Below the pieces are notes generated by a model. The model had not been told where the DNA came from, searched no databases, and worked only from the letters and a program-made list of their open reading frames with translations. Position numbers and translations under genes: made by a program. Source: Octopus bimaculoides (Eukaryota). From it: a stretch of DNA of 64,000 nucleotides. Positions within the stretch are counted from its first letter, which is position 1; every line of letters begins with the position of its first letter. Below are positions 50,823 to 63,335 of this stretch, piece after piece. Location of the stretch: assembly GCF_001194135.2 (NCBI RefSeq), contig NC_068988.1, positions 54,028,244 through 54,092,243 on the forward strand, read 5' to 3'.

Positions 50823-52188
50823 CACACACACACACACACACGTACTTATATAAGAACTTCCATGTTGTGTTCACCTATCAATTCCTCTCACAAGGCATTG
50901 GTGGGCTCAGCACTATAGTAGAAGACACTTGCTCAAGGTGCCACATAGTGAGATTAAACACAAAATCACATGATAGCAAAGTGAACTTGAGAACCACTCG
51001 CCCCTGCCTGTGCTGAGTATTTGTCCTGCTTCTTTGAACTCTGAGTTCAAATCCCACCAATTTCAACTTCACCTTTTTATCCTTATGGAGTCGATAAATA
51101 AAATACCAGTGTCAGGCAATGGACTGGCAAAACATTAGCATCAGACAGAGTTCTTTGCAATATTGTCCGAGTTCAAAATCTTGCCATGGACTTAATCTAT
51201 TATATTATACAGTTTAATATCATTATCCAGCACTTTCGGTGCTTTTAGTAGAATCCACTTTGTTGCGAGCTTTCAGACCAGCTCTGTAGTTTGAGGGAAT
51301 TTTCTTTCCTCCATCCAACCAGTTTGAGGGAACCTTGTAAAAAGTCGTGGGTGCTGCCTTCTCTTTTGATGTAAAGAAATATCATTATATGAAATATATT
51401 GGAATCTCAGACTTCACAGAACATTACTCTAAGTTTCTTGTTGTTCTCTTGCCACAGTAATGTTTATGTATGTTTGTTTGATCATCCATTTTTACATCTA
51501 TATTTTCATGCTAGCATTGGTTAAAAAGTGTAGAATGGGGGTGGGAGAAACAGAGAGGGGGTGGAGAAAGAGGGACAGAAAGAGAGTGAGAGAGAGAGAG
51601 AGAGAGTGATAATGAAATAAAATGCTACATAATCATCTGAAGGTTGGTAACAAAATCTTGGATAAAGGTTTCTGAAGCTTCAGCTTCCAATAAATAATAA
51701 CTATATTTATATGTATATGGAAGTACAAACTGCTTCTCATGATAATATCATATGAAATGATATGCAATATCTTCCATACCTTTCATAATACTGCAGATGG
51801 CCATATTAAATTCAATATTGAACATCAAACAGAATCAGGATTTCTATCTCTACTGCTGAATTTCCAGTTGAAAGTCAGTGACATAGGTAACGTGCTCCGC
51901 CAATTCTATATGAAATTTCCTCATTTCAAATCAGTTTAACCGTCTTGTGTTAAATCTGAACACAGTATCAATGACTTTAATCACATGATGTTAAAAAGCA
52001 AAACAAAAACGTATATGAAGAAATATTTATTTAATAACAAGAATGCTTGTGCTCATGAGGTGACATAATATATCCTAATAAACCAGAATGGTCACTCAGA
52101 ACTTTTTGTTGAGGTAAAATTGAAAAAGAATAAGAGTACTTTTCAGAACAACTGCTACTGCATATCTCTTATTATTTTTATTATTATG

Positions 52189-52189
<1 letters not shown>

Positions 52190-52278
<89 letters not shown>

Positions 52279-52312
52279 GTTATTATTATTATTATTGTTA
52301 TTATTATTATTA

Positions 52313-52350
<38 letters not shown>
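52190..52350. repeat. (ATT)n microsatellite with GTT variants
   Basis: Long triplet run. Confidence 0.95.
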
Positions 52351-52352
<2 letters not shown>

Positions 52353-52503
52353 CTTAATTGATTTATCTATGTCTATGTCATATCTCTGGTCCATCCTGCA
52401 GCTTAGAGACACAACACATTCCTCAACACATGAGCTATTCCACGTATTGCTGCCATTTGAATATTTCCTAAGAAGTTTGGTATTTGCAGCTTTTGATGCC
52501 AGT

Positions 52504-52535
<32 letters not shown>

Positions 52536-52729
52536 TCATCATTATTTATTTATTTTTATGTTTTTTTATTGGCTTAGTCAGAAGAGAAACGATTATTTTC
52601 AGGGCTTCCAAGACTGGTGGAAACAAAGGAGGAAGTTGTCTTCAGATAGGAAACCTGGTCTTAATGCTTGCAAAAGAGTGGATTCTGCTGAAGACACCTG
52701 AATGTTTTGTGGGAGAAGGATTAAGCCTA

Positions 52730-53621
52730 CATGGTCTGATCAATAAGTATCCGGACTGTTGCCAGAGGAATGAAGTTAAAGTATGCAGAGAAAAGCCACT
52801 TGACACAGATTGACTTTGAACTCTGCTGTGCATGTGCACTAAGCTTTAACGTTCTAGCTCACTTCTGCTGCTTACAGCAGTGCTTGGAAGGAAGGTGTGT
52901 AGCATGTGATTGTCGCATTGACCCTGACAGAGAAAGTTGAGCAGAGAATTCACATCAAATTTTGCCAAAAACTTGGCAATACCTGCTCAGAGGCTTACAC
53001 AAAGTTTTCAAAAAGTTTTCATCGTTCTCAACACAATCAAGATCTTGTGCAACTGAAACCCAAATGTTCTTTTGGTCAGCTGAAAGCAGTTTTGGCACAA
53101 ACTTGGCAGACACGTGTCTCATACCCAAATCTTCAGTGATAATGGACTAAATTGAACCATAACTAATCTGTGCATCTTCTGATAAATCATGGATGGCGAT
53201 TTGATGATTTCCCGTCTCAGCTGCATGCACATCTGTGATGTTTTTCTCATTTCTGCTGGTTATGGATCTCCCAGAACGTTCGTCACTATCGACATTTATT
53301 TGACCATCTTGGAAACGTCTGAACCACTTGTACACTTGTGTGTAGCTCAAACACTCCTCTCCATACACTTTCTGCAAATCTGTGTAGGCCTCTGTGCAAG
53401 TATCGCCATGACAGCTTTCTCTGTCATGGTCAATGTGACGATCACACACTACACACCTTCCTTTCAAGCACTGCTGTAAACAGCAGAAGTGAGCTAGAAT
53501 GTTAAAACTTAGTTCACATGCACAACAAAACTGAAGGTCGATCTGTGTCAAGCAGCAAGACACTGCGTGCTTTAGCTTCGTTACTATGGCAACAGTCCTG
53601 ATGTTTATTGATCAGACCTCA
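52730..53621. mobile_element. Non-autonomous mariner with two 5' ends (long inverted repeats)
   Basis: Both ends GGTCTGATCAATAA..C.GGACTGTTGCC; + arm TEKVEQRIHIKFCQKLG; - arm VYKWFRRFQDG..LGMRHVSAKFVPKLL..ENFLKT, stopping before the first catalytic D. Confidence 0.85.
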
Positions 53622-53634
53622 TGTGCTGGAGAAT

Positions 53635-54900
53635 AGGAATGATCTTTCAGATGTGCTTCCACACAAATTTTTATCCAGCAAATTTTACTTACAGTGTGTG
53701 GGTAGATCCAAGACTGTAATAGAAGTCAGGGTTCATGCCAAAAAGGTCAACTACTGATAGGATCCTGAATCTCTGTGTACTCATTGAATGCAAGTGGAGT
53801 TTTTAGCAGGGGCTGCTGGCAGCCTATGTTGATCTCTGCAAGGCATCTGACTTGGTGGACAAGTATGTACTTTGGAGGACTCTGGAGCTGTGAGGTATAC
53901 CTCCTCAACTGATCCAGCTGATGATGGCCTTTTGCACTAGAACAGTTAGTTTGGTTCAGATTGATTGGGTGGGGGTCTCAATATCAGACTTTTCCTCAGT
54001 TAGATCTGGGGTCCACCAGGGTTGTGTCATGGCTCCAAATCAGTTCAATGCCTGCATGGATTAGAAACTTAAACTGAATGGTGGCTCGTTTCAGTTGGGG
54101 TGCACTCATTGTTTAGATTTTGCTGATGATATAGTTATTCTTACTGAGTCTCTGGACGTCTTAAGAAACATTCTGCTTTCACTGATTGAGGCAACAGAAC
54201 CACTTGGTCTTAGAGTCTCTTGGGTCAAGACAAGGATCCAGTAGTCCTTCATTGGCTTCTTGGAGGACTCCACATCAACTGTTTCTGTTGCAGGTGGGAA
54301 CGTTGAAGTTGTTGACCACTTCACTTATCTCAGCAGTGAGATTCATACTGGCATTAACTGCGAGCCTGAAATCCTAAAAGGACTTGGACGAGTTGGTGCA
54401 ATTTTTGAATCACTGGACAAGGGTGTCTCACACTACCAATATCTGAGCAGGAGGACAAAGTTTCAGGCCTTTAGATCTCTGGTCTTCTTTGTCTTGTTCT
54501 CTAGTCACTTGAATTCCTTTGGTACCAGGATACTTTGTAGGATTATGGGTTACCATTAGTTGGTTTTTGTATCCAGCCAACGACTCTACTTGGAAACTGG
54601 GATGCATCCTGTTACTTGTATGATTCAGGAGCACTAGCTCAGACTGCTTGGCCATGTCGCTCAATTTTCTGAGTTTGACCTTACTTACTGTGTTTCCTTC
54701 ACTGAGGATCCAGCTAGGTTGAGAGTTCATGTTAGTCGACCAATGGTTATGGCAGATAAGGAGGTGTCTCATGGAGATGGGGACTGACTGGGACTGCTAA
54801 ACGAGTTACCTGGAAATGTTCTGGAAATGTACTGACAATATACTGACAAATGGTGAACGCAGCAACATTCTGCAATGGTGCATGCTCCCTACACTTGGCC
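53635..54900 (+). mobile_element. Decayed RTE-clade LINE RT domain and 3' end
   Basis: SGFMPKRSTTDRI, AYVDLCKASD, GVHQGCVMAP, LDFADDIV, FTYLSSEI motifs in order, with stops and frameshifts. Confidence 0.85.
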
Positions 54901-56733
54901 TCACTACTCAGAGTTTTATATTCCCAATCCTCTCAGGTGACTATTTATAAGAAGTTTGAAGTTGTGTATGTACACTGGTCCAAATGGCTTAGTTTCACCT
55001 GAAAACAAATTTGCAGGTTAAAATACAGGTTTCATAGATGAACATGTAAAAATCATCTCCACTGCTGCCAACACCACCACCATCACCACCGCCACCGCTA
55101 CTACCACCGTCACCACCACCGTCCTTGTCGTCATCACCATCATCATCATCATCATCGTTGTCGTCGTTGTCGTCATCATCATCACCATCAATCACCACTT
55201 TCTTCTCAGTATTAATGAAAGGTAAGTGATGTAATATTCCATCAACACTTTCTCCACAAAGATGTCATTATTTCGACTGTGATACAGCTTTGCTGTCTGG
55301 AACAAATCATGCTTCTGATCATCTGATTTCCAGATATTGGTGAAAACCTTTTCTGCTTTTCTCCTTGTCATGTATTTCTTCTCTTGTAATTACATGGTAT
55401 TGTAGTAACGCCTGCGCATGCGTAGAATTAAACAAGCAAACGTTTCCCGCTCAATTCATTCTCTTTCTCGTTGGCCAGCGATTGAGCATGGACATGTGTT
55501 TAAAGCTGTCTCTACATCTTTCGGTCTTATACTCGACAGCTCGTTATTCTCACCTCTAAAGATGTATAACTAAAGATATGTATGTTTTACCACCTAAATA
55601 AATATTGTTTGAGTTGTTTAGTCTGGAGTTCAGCATTCCGTTGTATTCTTATTTTATAGTAGAAAGTCAGGTATACAATCTAAAGATGTATAACCCACTT
55701 TCTACTAAAGTATTATTCCAAGCACCCCAACTTTCTAAGCCTGTTTTTGCACCTCCATTTTCTAGCTCTATCACTTTCTACCCCTATCTCTTTCTAGCCC
55801 TATCTCTTTCTAGGCCTATTTCTTTTTAGCTCTGTCTTTTTCTAGGCCTGTTTCTAGGCTTTTATGGCTCTACCTACTGTACTACTGTACTACTGTACTA
55901 TTTTGCTATACAAACACACATGGTAATACATGCTATGTATGATGGCATTTTCAATTAAGTTCAGTGAAACATAATGATTGCTAATTCTTGATGATATAAA
56001 AGATATTTCAGTTGTCAAGCAGTAGTAATTGTTATGCTGCAGTGTTTGGGAACTTAACATCTTTCCTTATCACTTTTCCTATCTCTTGTTTTCTCTTTCT
56101 GCCTTTTTCTGTTTTTGGTTTTTCCATGATGTCCTGGACAATTAATGTTAAACTTGCTCAGCATGATTTTTATAATATAAACTCACACACATACACACAA
56201 AAACAATGAAATAGCCTCTTTAGAAAACTGTTGTTTACATGAAGATAATTGAAGGTAGGTAACTTTCCTACAGATGCCGAAGAGTTATATTTCTTGACTA
56301 GCTAAGCCACATCCAGTTAAGTATTTTACACCTGAAACACCCCTTTTAAAGCTTTTAATTAGACCGTTACCTAACCAAAAACCCTACTACTTCTCAAAGG
56401 ATTCTGCATGTAAACTTTTAGCACAAGAATTTAAGAAATTATGTTATTAAAAGAAAACAAACAAACATCCATTTAAAGATATGCATTATATAAGATACAG
56501 GTAGCTACCTGGGTTTATAAAATGTATAGAAAAATGTCTGTATGTATATGTGTACTTTATTTTTCCTGTCACCCATCCAGTTTTCCAAACTGCTGTGGGT
56601 TCCTGGGAATGAGGTGGGTGTTTGTTGGAGCATCTGCTGTTGCAGCTGTTCTTTCTCCTGCCTGCAGCTAATCAGTGAAGCTTATATAGGTGTGGTACAA
56701 ATTTATATATATATATACCACGCGCACACGCAC

Positions 56734-56843
<110 letters not shown>

Positions 56844-57104
56844 GATGCTTATATCTACATAGAATTACAATAGTTACATACAAATCTCACATATTTATGC
56901 AAGCTGAAATACATACAAACGCATGTGTGTACATACACACAAATGTGTTTATGTGTGTGTATGCATGTGTGTGTGTGAGTGTGTATATCTGCACATGCAT
57001 GCCTATGTTATATTTACATATATGAGTACATATATAAATATATATTTGTATATGTGTATATGTGTGTGCGTGCGTGCGTGTATATACACACGATATATAC
57101 ATGG

Positions 57105-57348
57105 TTAGATAGTTGTTGATGAGGACCAAGGACATTACAGGTGGGGGGAGGGGTGAGGACGTGACATGTTGTGTCTGGCTGTGGCCAGTCAGTCCAATGC
57201 ACACTTTGAAGGCTCTGCTGCAGGGCAGGTATGAGTGGTCAGCTGGGACCGAAGGTCTTATACATGTGAATATAACACACAGAAACACACACACACACAC
57301 ATATATATATGTATGTACACATGTGCCTACATACATAGGCATGCATGT

Positions 57349-57426
<78 letters not shown>

Positions 57427-57840
57427 ACACGCATACATTTGGCAATGGACTTGCACAGTTTTCATTTTTTTGTGCTCATGCATTCTTGTTCTATTGGTGC
57501 AGATTCACCAGGCTGGGGTGGTCTTGCACTTACATTTCCCAGATGCCTCAGTTAATCTCAAAGCTCTTCAGCAAGGCTTCAAGTGTATCTTTGAAGCATT
57601 TTTTTCTGACCCTCTTTTGTGTATTTGCCTTCCACCAGTTCACTGCAAAACAGTCTCTTCAGGAGGTCTGTGTCGGGCATTTGAACAAGGTGGTCCACCC
57701 ACCTGATTTGTACTTTCCCCAATGGTGTGTAAATGCTTGGTAGATCAGCTCATGAGAGGATTTCCATGTCTGGATCCTTGTCTTGCCAAGTGATTTTCAA
57801 CAGCTTTCTCAGGCAGTTTAAATAGAAGTGGTTGATATAT
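57105..57840 (-). mobile_element. BovB-like RTE LINE 3' segment (RT C-terminus plus zinc finger), split by (CA)n
   Basis: NHFYLNCLRKLLKITWQDK..RWVDHLVQMPD..GQKKCFKDTL; CSRAFKVCIGLTGHSQTQH. Confidence 0.85.
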
Positions 57841-58129
57841 TCACACACATATACACTCACATCAATATACAAACATTCATACTCATGTATATTTATAAAT
57901 GTTTAAATCTGCATATGAATATGTATATAATTTGTTTCTGTACAGTGACACATATTGGTCAAGTCTGCAATCCAAGTACCACTTCATGAATCTAAACTCT
58001 GCATCATGTCAAGAGATAGACATACTCAGCTCATAAACATATTCAGCTAATGTTTAACTATAACATCTCATGTTTGTGGTACCTTGCCTCAACAATCTTA
58101 CCTTCTGTTACCATATCACAGCAGTAGTC

Positions 58130-58132
<3 letters not shown>

Positions 58133-58160
<28 letters not shown>

Positions 58161-58228
58161 CTTCTTCTTCTTCTTCTTCTTCTTCTTCTTCTTCTTCTTC
58201 TTCTTCTTCTTCTTCTTCTTCTTCTTCC
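58133..58228. repeat. (TTC)n microsatellite
   Basis: Perfect triplet run; source of spurious poly-S/poly-F ORFs. Confidence 0.95.
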
Positions 58229-58419
58229 CACTCTGTTTCACCTATTTTCATTACATTTTAATACAAGTACAGTGACATTGATCATGGCTACTTAGATGAG
58301 ATCACATTCATAAGGCAACACGTTAAATTATGATGATGAGTGAATGTCTTCAATAGGTTATGTGTATACAGACACACACATGTGTGCGTGTCATCATCAC
58401 CATCATCAGTGTTGTCGTC

Positions 58420-58423
58420 GTTG

Positions 58424-58480
<57 letters not shown>

Positions 58481-58778
58481 ACATTTAATGCCTTCCTTCT
58501 ATGCTGGTATGGCTTGGAAGGTTTGACAAGAGCTGGCAAGCCAGAAAATTGCACCAAGTCAGAAGATTGCACCAAGCGAGAAGACAGCACCAAGCTCCAC
58601 TGTCTGTTTTGGTATGGTTTCTTCAGCTGGATGCTTTTCTTAACATGAACCATTTTACTGAGTGTACTGGTTGTTTTTCATGTGGCACCAGCAGTAGCAG
58701 TAAGGCCACAAAGTGACTTGCAAGACAAGTCTTCTCAACTGAATGGGAAGTAGTACGAAGGATGGCAGCTTTGTGCCA
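58420..58778 (-). mobile_element. RTE 3' tail inside the BovB-like element, with local 18-bp triplication
   Basis: (CAT)n tail; AGAARATTGCACCAAG-type unit three times at 58543-58596. Confidence 0.75.
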
Positions 58779-58779
58779 A

Positions 58780-61390
58780 AGGTCTTTAGGCATTGCACCA
58801 TCCCTCCAGACTGCACTTATAAATTCATGAAGGGACTGTATGATGTAATCACCACCAAATCGCAAGACCTCAGCACAAATTCCATCCTTTCCAGGTGCCC
58901 TACCAAGATTCAATTTACTTATCGATGTCATTACGTCATCTATTAAGGGTGTAGAATTTAAAGAGCCAATGATAGGTCTTTGTTGCATAATATCAATCAC
59001 TGTTTCATCCACGACTGACTTATAGTTTAGGAGTTCAGATAAGTGTTCAATCCAGTGATCTGTGATTTCTGTTGATTTAATAAATAGAGTAGAAGACTCC
59101 CTGGAAAGCAAAGGAGCTGTTGTGAAGCTCTTAGGCCCATAAACTTGCTTCATAAGATGGTAAAGCTTCTTGCTGTCATTTGCATCAGCAGCAGCCTGAA
59201 CATCATGAGCAAGATCTTCCCACCAAGTGTTCTGTCTCTCCCTGAAAGATCGCTGCAGTAGTGATTTTACATTGCTATAGTGGGCAAGTGCTAGATTTCG
59301 CTGCACAGCTGAAAGTCCTCTGTGCAGCAATACATTGTGGGCATGGTGCTTTACAGCTAATAGTCGCTGAACTTCAGCATCATTTTCATCAAACCAATCT
59401 CTGTCTGGTAGTAGTATATCCTAGTGTTTCAGCAGCATATTGAAGCACCTGGTCTCAAAAATCTTTCCATGCTGCAGTATTTTCAATGCTGGACAAGCAA
59501 GTCGGAAGCTCTTTCCTCAACACAGCATCATATATCTTGTTGACATTCAGACGCTGAGGAATGCCAACTGGCTCTCTTCTCTCTTTCATTCTAATCATCT
59601 AATCATCATCTGGAACTTTGCTCACAGCAGACTGTGGTCTGTCCAGCATTCCGATCCATGAAAGGACTTGATATTACAAATGTCATAGATGTCACACTTG
59701 CGGATGATGACATAATCCAGCAAGTGCCAAACTTTAGACTTGAATGCATCCACGTTGTTGTGTGATCACCTTTGTGCATAAAATGAGTGCATGCAATGTA
59801 AAGTCCATGTTCATCACAAAGCTCTAGCAGCATGAGACCATTGCTATTCATTTTCCTTACACCAAAACGTCCTAGAGAGCTCCATGTTTGCCAGTCTGTT
59901 CCAACCCTGGCATTGAAATCCCCCGGTAGAATGACTTTTATTGGGGATTTTCATAAGTATGGTTCTCAGCTGGGTATAAAAAATAGTTTTATCTTCTTCA
60001 CAACTAGTCAAAGTAGGTGCATAAGCACTTATTAGAGTTGCAAACCACCCATCTTTCAGGTGGAATTGTAGAGTCATTAGATATTCATTTATAGGAACAG
60101 AAAGCTCCTCCAACTTCTTAAGGATATCAGATCGAGCTGCAAAACCAACACCAGCCTCTCTGCACTCCTCCTTCTACCTCCCCTTCCAAAAAGGTGTATC
60201 GATCTCCTACTTCCTCAAGCTGACCATCACCTTCTATACGAGTCTCCGAAAGTGCAGCTATATCAATATTATAATGGTTCACCTCGCAAGCAACAAGTGC
60301 ATTGTGTCCTTCAGGCCTACAATCGCTCTTGTTATCCAACACAGTGCACACTTCCAACATGAAATGTTCAAGTTCCAGATTTTGCAAATAAAAGTCTCTT
60401 TGCTTTTTGAGCGCAGGGTGGACATCCGTCAGTTGTGCTAAACTGACCAGATATAGAAAGGCAGGCAATTTTTGGTTTACCTGTTTCTAGAACCTCCCTG
60501 GCCTCCAGGTGAGCAATGCCCTCTCCAAATGGAACTGCTTAGACACCCATGGAGCAACCAAATCCTACAGCTGTCTTGGGCGACAAGGCGATGACTTTAT
60601 ATCTAGCATGGGCCACTTACGCACAGGTCACTGACAACATGCTTCCAACCCATCAAGTCTGCATGCTTCACCACCTTCCCATCACTGCAGGACTTATGAA
60701 CAAAAATAAAATAAAAATATACTAAAAATAAATGTACTAAACATAAATAAATAAATATATAAATATATACTTAAAATAAAGAGACTGAAATATACTGAAA
60801 ATAAAATAAATATATACTTACGGAGAAAAAAAAATGCAGCACATATTGAGCAGAGGTCAGCAATGATTGAGCAGAATTTTAGGTCCAATAAGGCTTGCAT
60901 GACACTCCATAGACCCTCTCTACTTTATTGACATTATCCAGAGACAAGCCGGAGCAAGATGTCTGGTGCCAATATGAGTTGCAGGCTCAGGGATGTGGAA
61001 GCGCCATGATCTCTAGCACAAACCAAAGGTCCCCAAAATGTCCAGTACTATTCCCTGCATATCTGATTTTATATCAGAGTGACCTTCTCCTAGAGACATG
61101 CTTCAACAGAAGCTGAGGGGTGCCTCACTCCCAGTGGTCTTTCAGTATGCCGGACACCATCTCGGATTTTCTGTAAACCCACGTTATTGCCAGATAGCTG
61201 TTGAGCCTGCACTAGGTTCATCTGACCTTTCAACAGGTCTTGTTTTTAATCCTGCTGGATTTCTAGCAACCCCGCTCACCAGGATATCCTGGTAGGGGTG
61301 CCAGTTTAGTCGCCGACAATCTGACCATGCAACAGGTTGTACTGGATTCCATGTTACCAGTAGCACTTATGAGAGCCTCATAAGTGACCT
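58780..61390 (-). mobile_element. BovB-like RTE LINE 5' segment (5' UTR, APE endonuclease, pre-RT region)
   Basis: NIDIAALSETRIEGDGQLEE, TLISAYAPTL, NSNGLMLLELC, GRAPGKDGICAEV, WRDGAMPKDL in successive frames; upstream GC-richer UTR-like sequence whose 5' limit is uncertain. Confidence 0.85.
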
Positions 61391-62727
61391 GACAGACATA
61401 CATACATCTAACTACAGGTATGGCCATGCAGATATGGAGTTCACATAATAACCAATGGTTTCAGGCTCTGTTCCACAGTATGGCACATTGAACAAGTGTT
61501 CTTCTGCTCTTGCAAGCTGACCAATGCCTTGTAAAGGAAATAGATAGCTGGAAGCTATGAAAGCTATACACACACAAACACAAATACACACACACGTGTG
61601 CGTATATATATATATATATGTATGTGTGTACATTTGAGTGTACATGAATGTTTACTGTTCTTGTCTTTATCTGAAATTGGATAAAATTGGTCCAGAATTG
61701 GGGAGGAGGGATTCATGAATTTTCTAAAATTTCTTTCATAAAAAGCATCCTCCCATCATTTGCGAGGGTGCAGTGCAAAAAAATTGAAAAATCCATCAAA
61801 CCAGAGAAAATATAGCTTACGTGGGTGTGCTATTCTGAAAGTCTGTCAAGACATTCTATTGTGAAAATTACCCAGTAAGGATGAAATATTAAGTGGTTGG
61901 TGTTAGGAAGGGCATCCAGGTGTAGAAACTAGAATTTGGGGCAACTCTCCTGCTTGCCAGCTCTGGTCAAACCAGCCACCACCACCCTACATACACACAC
62001 ACCTAGACAAAGAGATAACTAGTTAAACAGATAAAATAGTTGAAAACTAGTTGAAAGGTCGGCAGTTCACATTTTGTCACCAGCATTACAATGTAATCAT
62101 AATTAAAAGAAATTTCACTCAAAATTGGCTCAGTCCACCTAGCTGAAAGCAGTACCACAGAATAAAAACAAAACACTATCAAATTGTTCTGAGGATATTT
62201 TGCATATATCATTCAAGGGTTAATAATAGTTTTGAATGATATAAAAACAAAAATATTCCAGCTTCTTGAGGCTAGATTTGGCTGCTATTTCTAGCAAGTC
62301 AAGTACCTATATAGTGCATCACTTCCTGACTTGTTCAAAGCAGGTGTAGCTGTGTTGTGTTGTAAAATCATAAAGAATTTATTATTTACTGAAACACTTC
62401 AAGTCAATAAATGTACCTCCTGTAAGAACAGTACTCTAAGTTGGTCAGAAGAAGTCATTAATAATGTAAATTGTCAACAAAAAGTCTTATCACTTATCAG
62501 ACAATATGTAAAAATATTTTCAGAAAAGAAGCACTATTTCACATGTACACACGTATGTGCACGTTACACATATGCATATGTGTGTGAGTGTGGTGTGTGC
62601 AAGTTCAAATAGTACTCAATACCCAGGGACATGAGTTGTTTATAGTTTTTGAAGTTACACACACAAGTATATGTATATATGTGTGTATATATATATATTT
62701 ATATATATATATGTTTATATGTATGTT

Positions 62728-62779
<52 letters not shown>

Positions 62780-62892
62780 GTTCAAACAAGAAAAATGACA
62801 AAAAAACAACAAAAAACAACAACGCAAGTACGTGATACAGATATTGTGTTACTGGACGCTCAGGAAAGGAAAGAAATGCATATATATATAAC

Positions 62893-63335
62893 ATCATCAT
62901 CATCATGATGCTGACATGGGTTGAATGGTTTGACTGAGGACTGGAAAGCCAGAAGGCTGCACCAAGCTCTAATCTGATCTGGCAGAGTTTCTACAGCTAG
63001 AAGCTCTTCCTAACGCCAACCACTCAGAGAGTGTAGTGGGTGCTTTTACGTGCCACTGGCACGAAGGCCAGTCAGGCGGTACTGGCAACGGCCACGCTCA
63101 ACATGGTGTATTTTACGTGCCACTGGCACGAAGGCCAGTCAGGTGGTACTGGCAATGGCCACGCTCAAAATGGTGTATTTTACGTGTCACCTGCACAGGA
63201 GCCAGTCCAGCGGCACTGGCAACGATCTCACTCGAATGACTTTTCACGTGCCACCAGCACAAGTTCCAGGAAGGCGTCGCTGGTAACGATTACGTTCGAA
63301 AGGTGCTCTTGGCGCTCCACTGGTACAGGTGCCAT
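62893..63335 (-). mobile_element. RTE LINE 3' UTR with four tandem units (67, 67, 64-bp spacing)
   Basis: ACGTG cores at 63048, 63115, 63182 and 63246; first two units nearly identical. Confidence 0.9.

Noticed and set aside
55765-55902. Short TTTCTAG-containing tandem units and (CTACTGTA)n
   Set aside because: Ordinary low-complexity slippage repeats
56570-56670. Q-rich minus-strand frame SCRQEKEQLQQQMLQQ as an exon
   Set aside because: Weak acceptor, no credible donor, no recognised homology
62003-62145. Minus-strand acceptor followed by ARWTEPILSEISFNYDY
   Set aside because: Donor ambiguous and peptide unrecognised; cannot be supported without expression data
63044-63250. CRISPR-like or hypoxia-element (TACGTG) array reading of the 65-67-bp repeats
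   Set aside because: Units are homologous along their whole length with no unique spacers, there are no cas genes, and they belong to a LINE UTR; a 6-mer alone is not evidence of regulation
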